This document shows, one piece after another, positions 10,705 to 20,813 of a stretch of 64,000 bases of DNA. The position numbers were made by a program, and so were the translations under genes. The notes under the pieces are model-generated. The model was not told the origin of the DNA, searched no databases, and worked only from the letters and a program-made list of their open reading frames with translations. Position 1 is the first letter of the stretch. Each line of letters opens with the position of its first letter. The DNA lies in the IMG/VR virus record IMGVR_UViG_3300023179_000009, positions 394,814-458,813 of that record, one strand, 5' to 3'.

Positions 10705-11727
10705 ATGGCAAAAATATCAAGTTTAGATGCGGGTTACACCACAGGGATGCTGTCTGTTTTTCCTGAGGCTTTAGATGATTTTGAATCACTATACAGGGCC
10801 ACAAATAATACCAAGATTGCTTTAAAGCAAACTTTGAATTTTAACTCTCCAAGAATTATAGTAGAGGACACAAGTGCTTTTCCTCCAAATGGAATAGTTA
10901 GAGTAGGTCCGGATGTTGGGACTTATGGCGAATATGAAATGATTTTTTATGAATACAAAACGCCTTATACTTTCGAAAAATTAAGTCGAGGCTTTGCTGG
11001 TTCAAGACAAAGAAAATGGTCCACTCAAGGAAATTATGTCACCAACTCTGTCGTGGCCGAACACCACAATGCTATAAAAGACGCTTTAATTAATATGCAA
11101 GTTAATTGTGGTTTGAAAGAATTTCCAGAGCCTGAATCTTTGAATGGAATTTTGAAATATCAAGAAACTAGATTTCTTGCTCCCAAGCCTTTGTTTCGTG
11201 CGTTTCCCATTAAAGGCCCGCCTCCCTTGAAAGTAAGATTTCAAAATTTCTCCACTGGTTGGATCGCACGATATCTTTGGGATTTTGGCGACGGATCTAA
11301 TTCGTTAGAGAAAAGCCCTGTTCACGTTTACTTGAACGAGGGTATTTATAATGTAAAACTAAATGTAATAACTTCTAGTGGCGCTCAAGGCGTTGCTTCA
11401 AAAATAGGATACATAGAAGTCAATGCAGACGAGTCCATCCCGTATTTTTATGTTGATTCTATCGATAATCCTTACTCTCAAAAATACGCAACAGAGAGGG
11501 GTCTGCAACCAAAAGAATTTATTTTTGTGGATCAGTCAGACGGGGATATAGTTCAAAGGAATTGGATTTTTGGAGATGGAACAAATTTTGCCCAGCAAGA
11601 CCCGAACATACACGAAGTAAAGCACATTTATGCAAATCCTGGAGAATATGTAGTCACACAGTTAATTCAGTTTGCTAACGGTAGGATTAAGCGTGTTGAA
11701 CTACCGGAAACTTTGATAGTTTTATAA
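10705..11727 (+). CDS. PKD-domain virion protein (paralogue 1)
   Basis: Two PKD repeats (YLWDFGDGS...HVY...GIYNVKL; RNWIFGDGT...HIY..PGEYVVT); likely start is the ATG at 10705. Confidence 0.8.
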   Translation: MAKISSLDAGYTTGMLSVFPEALDDFESLYRATNNTKIALKQTLNFNSPRIIVEDTSAFPPNGIVRVGPDVGTYGEYEMIFYEYKTPYTFEKLSRGFAGSRQRKWSTQGNYVTNSVVAEHHNAIKDALINMQVNCGLKEFPEPESLNGILKYQETRFLAPKPLFRAFPIKGPPPLKVRFQNFSTGWIARYLWDFGDGSNSLEKSPVHVYLNEGIYNVKLNVITSSGAQGVASKIGYIEVNADESIPYFYVDSIDNPYSQKYATERGLQPKEFIFVDQSDGDIVQRNWIFGDGTNFAQQDPNIHEVKHIYANPGEYVVTQLIQFANGRIKRVELPETLIVL

Positions 11728-11739
11728 GAAAAGAGATTT

Positions 11740-14028
11740 ATGATTCCTTATAGTTCCCTATATCCAAATGAATTTGATTCAGACAGTAATTTATTTTTAG
11801 TTCATGATTCTTTAAGAGGAATTCTTATAAACGATTACAACCCAGGGGATAAATCAATACAAGTTGATATGATTCCAGATGTTGCCAATAGCATTCCCCC
11901 GACAGGTTTGATCACCCTTACAGAACAATGCTCTGACGTTGATGAACGTGCTGTTTCTTTTTTTTACAACACATGGGATTTTGACACACAAACATTCTCA
12001 GATTTAGAAATACTACCAACATTTGTTGATGTGCTTAAGCCTAAAAAAATCACAAACGTAACAGTGAACGTTATGGCTATGCATCACAATCATTTAAAAA
12101 ACGCCTTAATAGAAATTCAAAAATTTTGTGGAGTAAAAGGCACCGAGGATTTGGAACCCTTTGGTCCAACTTTAGAAGGAAGAATAAATTTTTTAAGAAG
12201 ATTGGTGCTGCAACCCAAAGCTTGGTTCACATCAAACATAAGAACCGGAAACGTTCCGCTAGAAGTCGAATTTAAAAATATGAGTTTTAGGCTGGGAACA
12301 GATGGTACCGCTGATGAGGTGAAAATTACTTGGGATTTTGGCGACCAAACGACTTCAATAATATCGGACATTTCACTTATAAGTGCGGACAGCGTTACCC
12401 CAAATAGCAACGTCAATGTTATAGTTCGTGATACAGATGGCGGCGTTATTAAAAAAACTTATTACCAGCCGGGATTGTACGATGTCAAACTAACTGTGGA
12501 GAATAATTTTGGAAAAGATGTTTGTGTTTTTGAAGATTTTATCAATGCACGTGTTAAGGCACCAGATGTTGCTGTTTTAAGATTTGTTGAGGATTCTTCT
12601 ACTCAAACATCTGAGGCTGGCGTTCCTCCGAATGGACCTTTTGAAACTTTTCCAAAGATAAGATCTCCTGTTAATACTTTGATCAATATTGAGATAGAAA
12701 ATGGAGAAAACTTTTTAGGAAATCCTGGTTTTAGTTATGGTGGCGAAAAACTAAATGAATCCGGCGCAGCCATTGATCCTATAGTTTCTTGGAGTTGGCA
12801 ATTAGGAGATGACTTAACTCATCCAAATTCCCCTGTTACTAAAGCCTCTTATAGTGTTGGCGGCATATATGATTGTAAATTACGTGTTGATACCAAATTT
12901 GGGGCATACAGAATATCAAATTATGAAAACGTAATAGATGTTGTAGAAAATACAAATTTGTGGCTTTGGACCGTCCAGGACAACTTAGCTCGTGCTTATG
13001 AATATGGATTAATAAGTGAAACTTATAAATTAACGAGCAATCCAACTCTAAGTGTTTTAAGAAATCATTCGTTTTTAGATCAACACGAAGAGAATATTAG
13101 ACACAAAATGAAATTCGAATTTCTTAGAAATAATGGATTTGCTCCAAGAGGCACAACGAGATCGGGTCAAAAAGGAACCTGCCTGCTGTATTGGGCAGGG
13201 GGAAGAAATTTGTCTCAACCTTCCAGCGTTGAGGAAATTAAGGTCACAGAGTTTGAGGGATTTACTGGAATTTACATATCTCGAAATTCGATAATGAGAT
13301 CTTGGAATTGGGCAAACTTAAACTCTGCCAATAAGTCTTATTTCATTTTTGGGACAAATCCTAATAATCTACCTCAATCCTCCCCGACAAATGAAACTAA
13401 AGTTGAATTTGATTTATTAAATTTAACTTCTGCCAATTCGACAATAGAGCCTTCGATGTATTTAAATGGCGCTCAAGAACTCGGGCAAAACGTATCAATC
13501 TATGATTCTTTGGGAGAATCTGTTTATGGCGACTATAGCGTTTATAAAACGACTTGGAAAGACAATACTGGTTACATAGCAAGAAATGATGGTGTGGGGC
13601 CTTTCTTTAGAATAAAAAGTTTCTATAGAACAGAGGGTAGCCTAGGAGAGCCGGTTAGTTTCTTGAGAAAACTTCAAGATATACAAGGCCCAACAAAAAC
13701 AGAGGGGCAATTAACAAATTTAAGTTCAGGCGTTTATTTTCTAAATAACTCTGGCTCAGTGTCTAAGTTTGATCCAAACACAAGTGCCTGGACAAGCGGT
13801 GGGCCTGGAGTCAATTCGTTATTGTATAGAAATTTACAAGACACATCAGTCGTCGGTTTTGATCAGGACGCAAACTCTTTGTTGCTTGCATCAGATAGCG
13901 ATAAGCGTGCTTATTTAAGTTTTGATTACAGTCCGAATGCATTTATAAAATTTAGCGAAATAGATCTTACTTTCTCTAGTTTGGGCAGCAGACCGAGTGG
14001 GGAGCAGTGGATCATGGGAGTGTTTTAA
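11740..14028 (+). CDS. PKD-domain virion protein (paralogue 2)
   Basis: ITWDFGD...Y.QPGLYDVKL and WSWQLGDD...YSVGGIYDCKL PKD motifs; shared HHN motif with neighbours. Confidence 0.75.
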   Translation: MIPYSSLYPNEFDSDSNLFLVHDSLRGILINDYNPGDKSIQVDMIPDVANSIPPTGLITLTEQCSDVDERAVSFFYNTWDFDTQTFSDLEILPTFVDVLKPKKITNVTVNVMAMHHNHLKNALIEIQKFCGVKGTEDLEPFGPTLEGRINFLRRLVLQPKAWFTSNIRTGNVPLEVEFKNMSFRLGTDGTADEVKITWDFGDQTTSIISDISLISADSVTPNSNVNVIVRDTDGGVIKKTYYQPGLYDVKLTVENNFGKDVCVFEDFINARVKAPDVAVLRFVEDSSTQTSEAGVPPNGPFETFPKIRSPVNTLINIEIENGENFLGNPGFSYGGEKLNESGAAIDPIVSWSWQLGDDLTHPNSPVTKASYSVGGIYDCKLRVDTKFGAYRISNYENVIDVVENTNLWLWTVQDNLARAYEYGLISETYKLTSNPTLSVLRNHSFLDQHEENIRHKMKFEFLRNNGFAPRGTTRSGQKGTCLLYWAGGRNLSQPSSVEEIKVTEFEGFTGIYISRNSIMRSWNWANLNSANKSYFIFGTNPNNLPQSSPTNETKVEFDLLNLTSANSTIEPSMYLNGAQELGQNVSIYDSLGESVYGDYSVYKTTWKDNTGYIARNDGVGPFFRIKSFYRTEGSLGEPVSFLRKLQDIQGPTKTEGQLTNLSSGVYFLNNSGSVSKFDPNTSAWTSGGPGVNSLLYRNLQDTSVVGFDQDANSLLLASDSDKRAYLSFDYSPNAFIKFSEIDLTFSSLGSRPSGEQWIMGVF

Positions 14029-15881
14029 TGGCTTTTCCTCCAGTACCTGTTTATCCGAAGGCAATAGACAGCGACTATACGTTGTACCTTGTTTTTGACA
14101 CAACCGAAACCAGACTGTCTGTGGATAATGTTGCTTGGTCTCAAGAAATTGAAATAGTTCCTGTAGAGCCAGAGAAACCAGAGATATGGGCAGACAATGG
14201 CTTTGCCAACATAGATGGGGAGTTGCTTTATTATGACTCAGTTGAGCGAAACTCTTATGGAAAAATTAATAAATTAAAAAATTGTGAACGCAATTTAGGT
14301 GGAGAAAAAACAAAATTTAATAAAAAAGGAATTTGGATTAGAAGTTATGTTGTTGCCGAGCATCATAATCAATTAGTTTCTTGTGTTTTAAAAACACAAA
14401 ATTTTATAGGTTACAATTTTGACCCTCGAAGAGAAACCCTTGATTGGAGAATTAGAAATTTACAAGCCTTAGAGGTAATATTCGATGACTTTAACTGTCC
14501 TGATATAAATTTTACTTGGAATATCATAGAAAACAACCCAGTGACAGGTATTTTGGCTGAGTATTTGATAGAAATATCTCCGCCGGGAACAGTAGGTGAT
14601 TTTAGATTAGATTTTGGCGATGGGAATTTTACAACTACAGAATTGTCGGGGCAACACAGATATCCGGTGAACGCAAGAGTAGATCCTGTTATACGTGTTT
14701 CCAACGAAAAGTGTCAAATTATACAAACACCAATTGAGAGAGACAATCCAGCAGAGCCGCCACCGGATGACACTCCCACTTTTGAAGTTGAAATACCAGA
14801 ATTTCCAGATATTCCAGATTTTACATTTGTTCCTTGTGATGTTCCAGAGGCCGACATCAATGTTCCGCCTCTTGTTGTTCCGTGTATATCTATCGAGGGA
14901 CAAGTTGGGCCTTTACCCTCTGTGATTATAACTGAGGGCTTGAATGTTCCGAGTATAATCACGGCGACAGGATTAACAGGTGTGCCTAGCACAATTACTG
15001 TGACAGGAGTAACAATCCCCAGTGTTATAGTTGTGGATACTCCTCCTATTCCGCCCACAATTATAATTGAACCTCCTATTCCTCCAACAATTGTTATAGT
15101 TCCTCCGCAATCTAATATCGCTATTGATGTTGACTTCACTGAGATGCCAAGACTAGCAGTTGATTGGGGAACGCCTCCAGAGATGGAAGTCGCCATGACT
15201 TTTGCTCGTGAAGTAAAAATACCTGAAAGGTTTGCGGCAGATGAGAAGTTAATGGCAGATTTTGGTGAAGAATTTGCTGATTTGTTTGAAACCAAACAGA
15301 CAATGAAAATCGAATATGAACCTGTTGGCATACCATCAGAGATACGAGTTATTTTACCAGAGGACACTAGTTTAAAACTTGATACAAGTGATTTAGACAA
15401 TAAAAAAATTCAAATAGATGCAACCTCAGTTGATTTGCCCGAAAGTATTCAAATTCATGGCCCCGATAGTCCTATACCCGATTCCATAGTTTTCGATGCT
15501 TCTGACTTCGTTCAAGCTATAGAAAGACTGCAATCATCGCCTCCAATAAAGTTGGACGCATCAGGCATACCGAAATCAATTAAGATTGATTTGGAAAAAG
15601 AAATTCCAAAAACAATAGTGGTCGAAATGCCAAACCCAATACCTGAAAAGATTGTTGTTGAAAGCCAAATACCTGATAGAATTATATTAGAAGGTCCAGA
15701 GGGCATACCCTTAATCTTGCCAGATGAATTTGTTTTACCAGTCAAATTTCCAGACAAGATGCCTGAAGTCGAACTGGTCTGGAAGGGTAGTCCGATTGAA
15801 GTTAAGGTTACTTTGGATGAAGTTTTAGATAAAGAAGCGGATGGAAGAAACTGTGTTATGATAGTTCCTTGCAAGAAGTAA
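14028..15881 (+). CDS. PKD-domain, Pro/Ile-rich repeat virion protein (paralogue 3)
   Basis: RLDFGDG...HRY PKD motif followed by many IP(S/D/E/K)xI repeats; TAATG overlap gives a start at 14028. Confidence 0.7.
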   Translation: MAFPPVPVYPKAIDSDYTLYLVFDTTETRLSVDNVAWSQEIEIVPVEPEKPEIWADNGFANIDGELLYYDSVERNSYGKINKLKNCERNLGGEKTKFNKKGIWIRSYVVAEHHNQLVSCVLKTQNFIGYNFDPRRETLDWRIRNLQALEVIFDDFNCPDINFTWNIIENNPVTGILAEYLIEISPPGTVGDFRLDFGDGNFTTTELSGQHRYPVNARVDPVIRVSNEKCQIIQTPIERDNPAEPPPDDTPTFEVEIPEFPDIPDFTFVPCDVPEADINVPPLVVPCISIEGQVGPLPSVIITEGLNVPSIITATGLTGVPSTITVTGVTIPSVIVVDTPPIPPTIIIEPPIPPTIVIVPPQSNIAIDVDFTEMPRLAVDWGTPPEMEVAMTFAREVKIPERFAADEKLMADFGEEFADLFETKQTMKIEYEPVGIPSEIRVILPEDTSLKLDTSDLDNKKIQIDATSVDLPESIQIHGPDSPIPDSIVFDASDFVQAIERLQSSPPIKLDASGIPKSIKIDLEKEIPKTIVVEMPNPIPEKIVVESQIPDRIILEGPEGIPLILPDEFVLPVKFPDKMPEVELVWKGSPIEVKVTLDEVLDKEADGRNCVMIVPCKK

Positions 15882-15885
15882 AATT

Positions 15886-16743
15886 ATGTATATTAAAAAA
15901 CACGATAGTGGAAATGAGTATATCTACGCCGGGGATGTTTGGGTTAGAAATTTTACCAAAAAAAAAGTATCCCCATTACAGATAACTAGTTTGTTTTCTC
16001 AAAGTGACTTTAGAAGTGTAATAGAGAACCAACAATTAAATTTAAATTTTCCCAAAATATCCGATGAAGTGTTGCAATTTGATAAAGTGGTAATAGTGTC
16101 TGATGGTTTTAAATTTGAAGAAAAACAATCTATTTTATCCAATTTACCAAAAGATGTTTGTATTCTTGCAACAAATGGAGCATTGAATAAGTGGAAACTA
16201 TTCAAAAAAGATATTGATGATGATAAAAAAAGATCAATAAACGCTTATGTTGTAAACAATCCTTTCAAAGAATGTTTTAATTATCTACCTCCTCAAAATT
16301 CAAAATATTACCCTGTGTGTGTTGCCTCTTTAAGAACAAATCATGAGTTTTTAAAAAAATATTTAGGTGACGTTTATACTTATTGTCCAACTTCCGAAGC
16401 TGGATTTGGAATCCATGCTGCTGAGCAGTATTTTATAGATGATTATAGAAATCCAATATGTGCTTGTATAAACTTAGCTTACCAGTTCGGTGTTAAAAAA
16501 TTAATGTTGTTTTGTTGTGATGACTCTTTTGAAAAATCAAGAGAACAAGCGATCCAGTTGCCGAATAAACTTTGGACTTATTCTTCGCTTTTAAGATCTC
16601 AAGATATAATTGATGCAAATTTATATTGGTTAAAAAATCAAGAAAATGAAGAAATTCAAATCGTAGACCACTCTAGCGGTGCAGATTATAAGTATGCAAC
16701 ATATATACATGAAAAGGATATAACATCCTTTTTCAATGACTAA
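15886..16743 (+). CDS. MAF/DUF115-like glycosyltransferase-related protein
   Basis: VVIVSDG...ILATNGAL...CINLAYQFGVKKLMLFCCD resembles DUF115/Maf-type Rossmann proteins. Confidence 0.5.
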   Translation: MYIKKHDSGNEYIYAGDVWVRNFTKKKVSPLQITSLFSQSDFRSVIENQQLNLNFPKISDEVLQFDKVVIVSDGFKFEEKQSILSNLPKDVCILATNGALNKWKLFKKDIDDDKKRSINAYVVNNPFKECFNYLPPQNSKYYPVCVASLRTNHEFLKKYLGDVYTYCPTSEAGFGIHAAEQYFIDDYRNPICACINLAYQFGVKKLMLFCCDDSFEKSREQAIQLPNKLWTYSSLLRSQDIIDANLYWLKNQENEEIQIVDHSSGADYKYATYIHEKDITSFFND

Positions 16744-16757
16744 TCGGAGGGATTCTG

Positions 16758-17078
16758 ATGAAAAATAAACCAATATCTTTAAACGAGTTCAAGACTTGGT
16801 TTGAAAACCAAAAAGATTTAAAAAATATTTTTAGTTTAAATCGAGACAAAATTAAAGATAACGAAAATGAAAAATTTGTTGGGTATCATTGCGAAAGTAA
16901 AGTAAGCGAGAAAAAATTAAAAGAAAAAATAAAAACCGACGAAGACGTAGAGGGTTTAATTCGTGAGTTTTTAGAGAGTGGTGGAGTTATTACCGCTGTA
17001 GATGAAAAAAGATTTTCCATAGAAACGGACAGCGGTAGTTTTACCCTTCCTATATTTTGTGTAAAAGTTAAAAAGTAA
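16758..17078 (+). CDS. Hypothetical protein
   Basis: GGAGG SD; ends at a bidirectional terminator; NEFKTWFE near the N-terminus. Confidence 0.55.
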   Translation: MKNKPISLNEFKTWFENQKDLKNIFSLNRDKIKDNENEKFVGYHCESKVSEKKLKEKIKTDEDVEGLIREFLESGGVITAVDEKRFSIETDSGSFTLPIFCVKVKK

Positions 17079-17103
17079 AAAAATAAAATTACTCTTAAAA
17101 AAT

Positions 17104-17133
17104 AACAAGCCTAGTTTAGAAACTGGGCTTGTT
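17104..17133. terminator. Bidirectional rho-independent terminator
   Basis: AACAAGCCTAGTTT / AAACTGGGCTTGTT hairpin between convergent genes, with A- and T-rich flanks. Confidence 0.75.
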
Positions 17134-17487
17134 TTGTTTTTTGATCATGGTTCTTAAAGTTTTAAAAGATTTTTTAAAACTTGTATTAAAATTGTTGTGT
17201 TCAAAAGACTCAACCAAAGGATTAAAAACAGCGGGGAGATCTGTGTATCCTCTTCCTCTTAGTCTTGTTTTTAACTCATCAAAATTGTTGCAAGTTTCAA
17301 TCCATAAATCATAAAGTATTTTGTTTTCTTGAATAATTTGATTTATTTTTTTTTCCGCAAAAACAGGGAGATTTAAGTCTTTAATATCGCTAATTTTTGA
17401 AGTAACAATTGACTCACTCAAAATTGTTGTTATGACCTTTATTCCCCTTTTGTTCCTGTTTGCCAAATATAAATAAAGCTTCTTCAT
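17116..17487 (-). CDS. Hypothetical protein
   Basis: 123-aa ORF converging on the terminator. Confidence 0.5.
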   Translation of the reverse strand: MKKLYLYLANRNKRGIKVITTILSESIVTSKISDIKDLNLPVFAEKKINQIIQENKILYDLWIETCNNFDELKTRLRGRGYTDLPAVFNPLVESFEHNNFNTSFKKSFKTLRTMIKKQNKPSF

Positions 17488-17608
17488 TCATTAAACCTTT
17501 AAATAAAATTTCTAAAAAAATTTTTGCATGTTCATCTTTTCCCCATAGATCAAAAAAATCTACGAGTTCTCTATTAACATAGTCAATTTTTTCTTTATCT
17601 TTACTCAT
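17414..17608 (-). CDS. Small hypothetical protein
   Basis: 64-aa ORF; overlaps the downstream gene by 74 nt. Confidence 0.35.
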   Translation of the reverse strand: MSKDKEKIDYVNRELVDFFDLWGKDEHAKIFLEILFKGLMNEEALFIFGKQEQKGNKGHNNNFE

Positions 17609-17619
17609 TTTTTATAGTT

Positions 17620-18222
17620 ATGATTGGTTTAACTGAATATTCTGCGTTGAAGAACGATATTTGTTTGATTTATAATGGTTGGTGTGACGAGTATCTTTTA
17701 CAATTAGATATTTTAAAGCCATTTATTGAAAAACAAAAAAATATCTCAATATTTATATCATGCCGAAATGATAAAAAAATATTATTTCCCGACAAGGATT
17801 ATTTTGTGCCATCATCCGATTTAGGCAATTATAAATTTGGTTTTACTTATGAAATTACTTTTGATGGACAAAATCACCCAATTGACAATTTCTTAAAACT
17901 ATTATCAATTGATAAAATAGAAAACAAAAAAATTGAAAAAGATTCAATTACAAATCTTTGTGTTTTATTAACAAAAGGAAACTATCCAACAAAAAACTTA
18001 AATAGTGACCAAATTAATTTTTTAAATAAAATAGCCAAACAAAAAGGATATGATGTCGTTGTCGATCAAAGTATTTTCAATGCTGGGTTGGTTATGGGTG
18101 TAGAAAGTTTTGATTTATTCAAGGCTGCTAGTCTTGGAATTGAGACTTGCTTATTCGATACAGGGCTGGGTTTGAATCTCTTTAAAAAAATGTTTCCTTA
18201 TTTTGAAACAATTAGTTTATAA
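17620..18222 (+). CDS. Hypothetical protein, possibly GT-B-derived
   Basis: 200-aa ORF; GLVMGVESFDLFKAASLGIET weakly recalls the C-terminal domain of GT9. Confidence 0.35.
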   Translation: MIGLTEYSALKNDICLIYNGWCDEYLLQLDILKPFIEKQKNISIFISCRNDKKILFPDKDYFVPSSDLGNYKFGFTYEITFDGQNHPIDNFLKLLSIDKIENKKIEKDSITNLCVLLTKGNYPTKNLNSDQINFLNKIAKQKGYDVVVDQSIFNAGLVMGVESFDLFKAASLGIETCLFDTGLGLNLFKKMFPYFETISL

Positions 18223-18254
18223 AATAATATATATTATATCACAAAAGAGGCACC

Positions 18255-18821
18255 ATGTCTGTATTTAAGGTAAAATTAAACAACGGAACTCAAGGAAAAT
18301 TAGATGTAAATCCCGATACAGGGACAGCTTTTGGCGTTTCCAAACAAAGACAAATTTATGTGGCTGGCCCCAATAGAAAAATAAGGATATTGAGCGATGG
18401 CGATGTCTTCACCGATTGCAACTATTGGAAAAGATTCACAAAAGAGTTCATGGGCGAAGAAAATGCTTTTATAGAGATAGTCAGCGATGACGGCTCTGTT
18501 TATAGCGAAAATTCAGCGGAAAACACCTACTCGGTTGGGAACACTTTAAGCGTAACAACGTCTTTTTCTGCAACTGCTATTGATTTTATGGATCTTTATG
18601 GTTCTCCAGCAAGGTTCTTAATGGTTCAAAATATAGATAATTCAACACCCGTAACCGGCGAATTAAATGGAAATTCTGGAGTTACATTTATTGTCGGCCC
18701 TGGCGAGACAATGATGTTCAATCAGGGTGACGTTGTTATTACTAAATTAAGATTAAAAAGTGACTCAGGAAATCCTAGTGTTACATATATCGCATCGGTC
18801 AGGAGTGACTGCAAAACTTGA
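18255..18821 (+). CDS. Hypothetical protein (possibly structural)
   Basis: 188-aa beta-rich ORF with GAGG SD. Confidence 0.5.
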   Translation: MSVFKVKLNNGTQGKLDVNPDTGTAFGVSKQRQIYVAGPNRKIRILSDGDVFTDCNYWKRFTKEFMGEENAFIEIVSDDGSVYSENSAENTYSVGNTLSVTTSFSATAIDFMDLYGSPARFLMVQNIDNSTPVTGELNGNSGVTFIVGPGETMMFNQGDVVITKLRLKSDSGNPSVTYIASVRSDCKT

Positions 18822-18836
18822 TTTAGAAAGTTTTCA

Positions 18837-19814
18837 ATGGGGATTGTAAAAAAAAATATTAAAAATTTAAGACCAGAGAAGTTTAAGAAGAAATCTAATT
18901 TATTAAATTATTTAGAAAATAGAAATAAAATATTAATAATAAGAAGTGTTGGTGGATTGGGCGACATACTCATGCATCGAATGATGTTTGAAGATTTTAA
19001 AAATTTATCTCAAGATTTAGAAGTTCATTTTTGTTGCCCCAGTTATTATCACGACGCAATAAAAGATCACCCTTTTATTGATAAAATTTTGGATTGTCAA
19101 CAAGTTAACAAAAATGATTATGTAATTCATTATAACACATCAACTGTTTGCGGCAGAACAGAGATGGATAATTTGCCTAATAAATCGCCTCATAGAAGTG
19201 ATATTTGGGCAAATTATTGTGGGGTTGAGTTAAAAAATCATGACATGCATATAAACTTGAGCGATTGGGAAAAAAACATTGCTTATGATTTGCTAAAGTC
19301 AATCAATAAAAAATCAATCAAAAGCGTTGCAATATGCCCAATCTCAGCCATGGTGAACAAAAATTTATTGCCAAATCAAGTTTGTTTTTTAGTAGATTTC
19401 TTGAAAAAACAAAATTTGTTTCCTTTTTGTTTGCATCATAAAATTATAGATTATTGTGAAAAAAATAGAATTCCATCGATAATAGAACCAAGAATTAGAA
19501 TTTGGATGGCTATTTTGCAACAAGTTGATTATGTCATAAGTGTAGACACTGCTGCTTTTCATTGTGCTGGAGGGTTAAAAAAGCCCCTAACGGGGATTTT
19601 TAGTTTCATAGACGGAAAAGTATATGGAAAATATTTTGATTTTGTTCTGCTTCAAAAACACAAAGAAGATGACACAAATTGGACTTGCGGCCCTTGTTAT
19701 GATTGGTGCAAGTGCCCAAAAACTTCTCTTAGTCCAAAGCCCTGCATAACAGATATTTCTGAAGAAATGTTAACTGGAGCAGTAAATAGGATGCTAGAAA
19801 AATGGCCGTTATAA
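18837..19814 (+). CDS. Glycosyltransferase family 9 (heptosyltransferase-like)
   Basis: RSVGGLGDILM and VISVDTAAFHCAGGLKKP...IF GT9 signature motifs; C-terminal CGPC..W..C. Confidence 0.85.
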   Translation: MGIVKKNIKNLRPEKFKKKSNLLNYLENRNKILIIRSVGGLGDILMHRMMFEDFKNLSQDLEVHFCCPSYYHDAIKDHPFIDKILDCQQVNKNDYVIHYNTSTVCGRTEMDNLPNKSPHRSDIWANYCGVELKNHDMHINLSDWEKNIAYDLLKSINKKSIKSVAICPISAMVNKNLLPNQVCFLVDFLKKQNLFPFCLHHKIIDYCEKNRIPSIIEPRIRIWMAILQQVDYVISVDTAAFHCAGGLKKPLTGIFSFIDGKVYGKYFDFVLLQKHKEDDTNWTCGPCYDWCKCPKTSLSPKPCITDISEEMLTGAVNRMLEKWPL

Positions 19815-19836
19815 ACTATATTAAATAAGGGTTGTT

Positions 19837-20049
19837 ATGCCTCAACTCATAAAACCGAGCACAAAAGTAAAAATTATTCCTAAAGATGGAGAGATTGAGA
19901 TTACTCTTAATATAAACATAAATCTTGATGGAAAAGTTTCTGCTATTGCGGACAATGCTGATGTTTTGGTTGATGAAGAAGAAAAAGTTCCTCATATTAT
20001 TCCGGATTTTTCTTCGGGTTTAAAATTAAATTTTGGGAAAAATGCATGA
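19837..20049 (+). CDS. Small hypothetical protein
   Basis: 70-aa ORF; ATGA overlap with the GIY-YIG gene. Confidence 0.5.
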   Translation: MPQLIKPSTKVKIIPKDGEIEITLNININLDGKVSAIADNADVLVDEEEKVPHIIPDFSSGLKLNFGKNA

Positions 20050-20813
20050 TTGGAATTTACGCAATAAAAAATAAATTTAATAACAAACTTTATATCGGAC
20101 AGAGCGTGTCGATTAAATGTAGATGGATGAATCACAGATCAGATTTGGCCACGGGTAGGCATCCAAATAAACATTTGCTAAAATCTTATAAGAAATATGG
20201 AGAAGATTGTTTTGAATTTTTGATTTTAGAAAATTGTTTAAAAAGAGATTTGGGGAAAAAAGAAGAAGAGTGGATAAAAAAATTTCCTAAAAAACAACTA
20301 TACAATATAAACTATAACATTGTAGATTTAAATGGAGAAAAAAATCCTTTTTTTGGTAAAAAGCACAAAAAAGAATCCAAAAAGAAAATGTCAATTTGGA
20401 AAAAACAAAATTATATAGGTGCTAAAAATCCTAATTTTGGCAAAAAATGGACAAAAGAACAAAAAACCAAAAATGTTTTAAAAAATTCAAACACCAAATT
20501 AAAAAAAACTGATGTTCTGGAAATTAAAAAATTATTAATAGATGGCAAATTAGAAGATAAAGAAATTGCTAAAAAATTTAAAATTGGAAGATCCGTGGTA
20601 ACAAGAATTTCTAACGGAACAAGGTGGTCCCATGTAACAGGGGGAAGAGTAATAAAAAAAGAAAGGAGAGGTTTAAGGAACATAGGTGTTAAGAGGTCAG
20701 AGAAAACAAAACAAAAAATCAGAAATTCTATTTTGGGCATCAAAAGATCTGAAGAAACAAAACGCAAAATAAGTTTATCTAAACAAAAAAAGAAGGAGAA
20801 AAAATGTCAATAG
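20046..20813 (+). CDS. GIY-YIG homing endonuclease with NUMOD3-type repeats
   Basis: MIGIYAIKN...LYIGQS....RW..H, NPFFGKKHKKESKKKMS, RSEETKRKIS motifs. Confidence 0.9.
   Translation: MIGIYAIKNKFNNKLYIGQSVSIKCRWMNHRSDLATGRHPNKHLLKSYKKYGEDCFEFLILENCLKRDLGKKEEEWIKKFPKKQLYNINYNIVDLNGEKNPFFGKKHKKESKKKMSIWKKQNYIGAKNPNFGKKWTKEQKTKNVLKNSNTKLKKTDVLEIKKLLIDGKLEDKEIAKKFKIGRSVVTRISNGTRWSHVTGGRVIKKERRGLRNIGVKRSEKTKQKIRNSILGIKRSEETKRKISLSKQKKKEKKCQ

Noticed and set aside
14714-15400. 228-aa antisense ORF, and similar antisense ORFs within 43848..48774
   Set aside because: Shadows of strongly biased sense genes; no SD or recognisable motifs
17116-17608. Programmed frameshift joining two overlapping minus-strand ORFs
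   Set aside because: The 74-nt overlap is explained equally well by a lost stop codon; no convincing slippery site with a downstream structure
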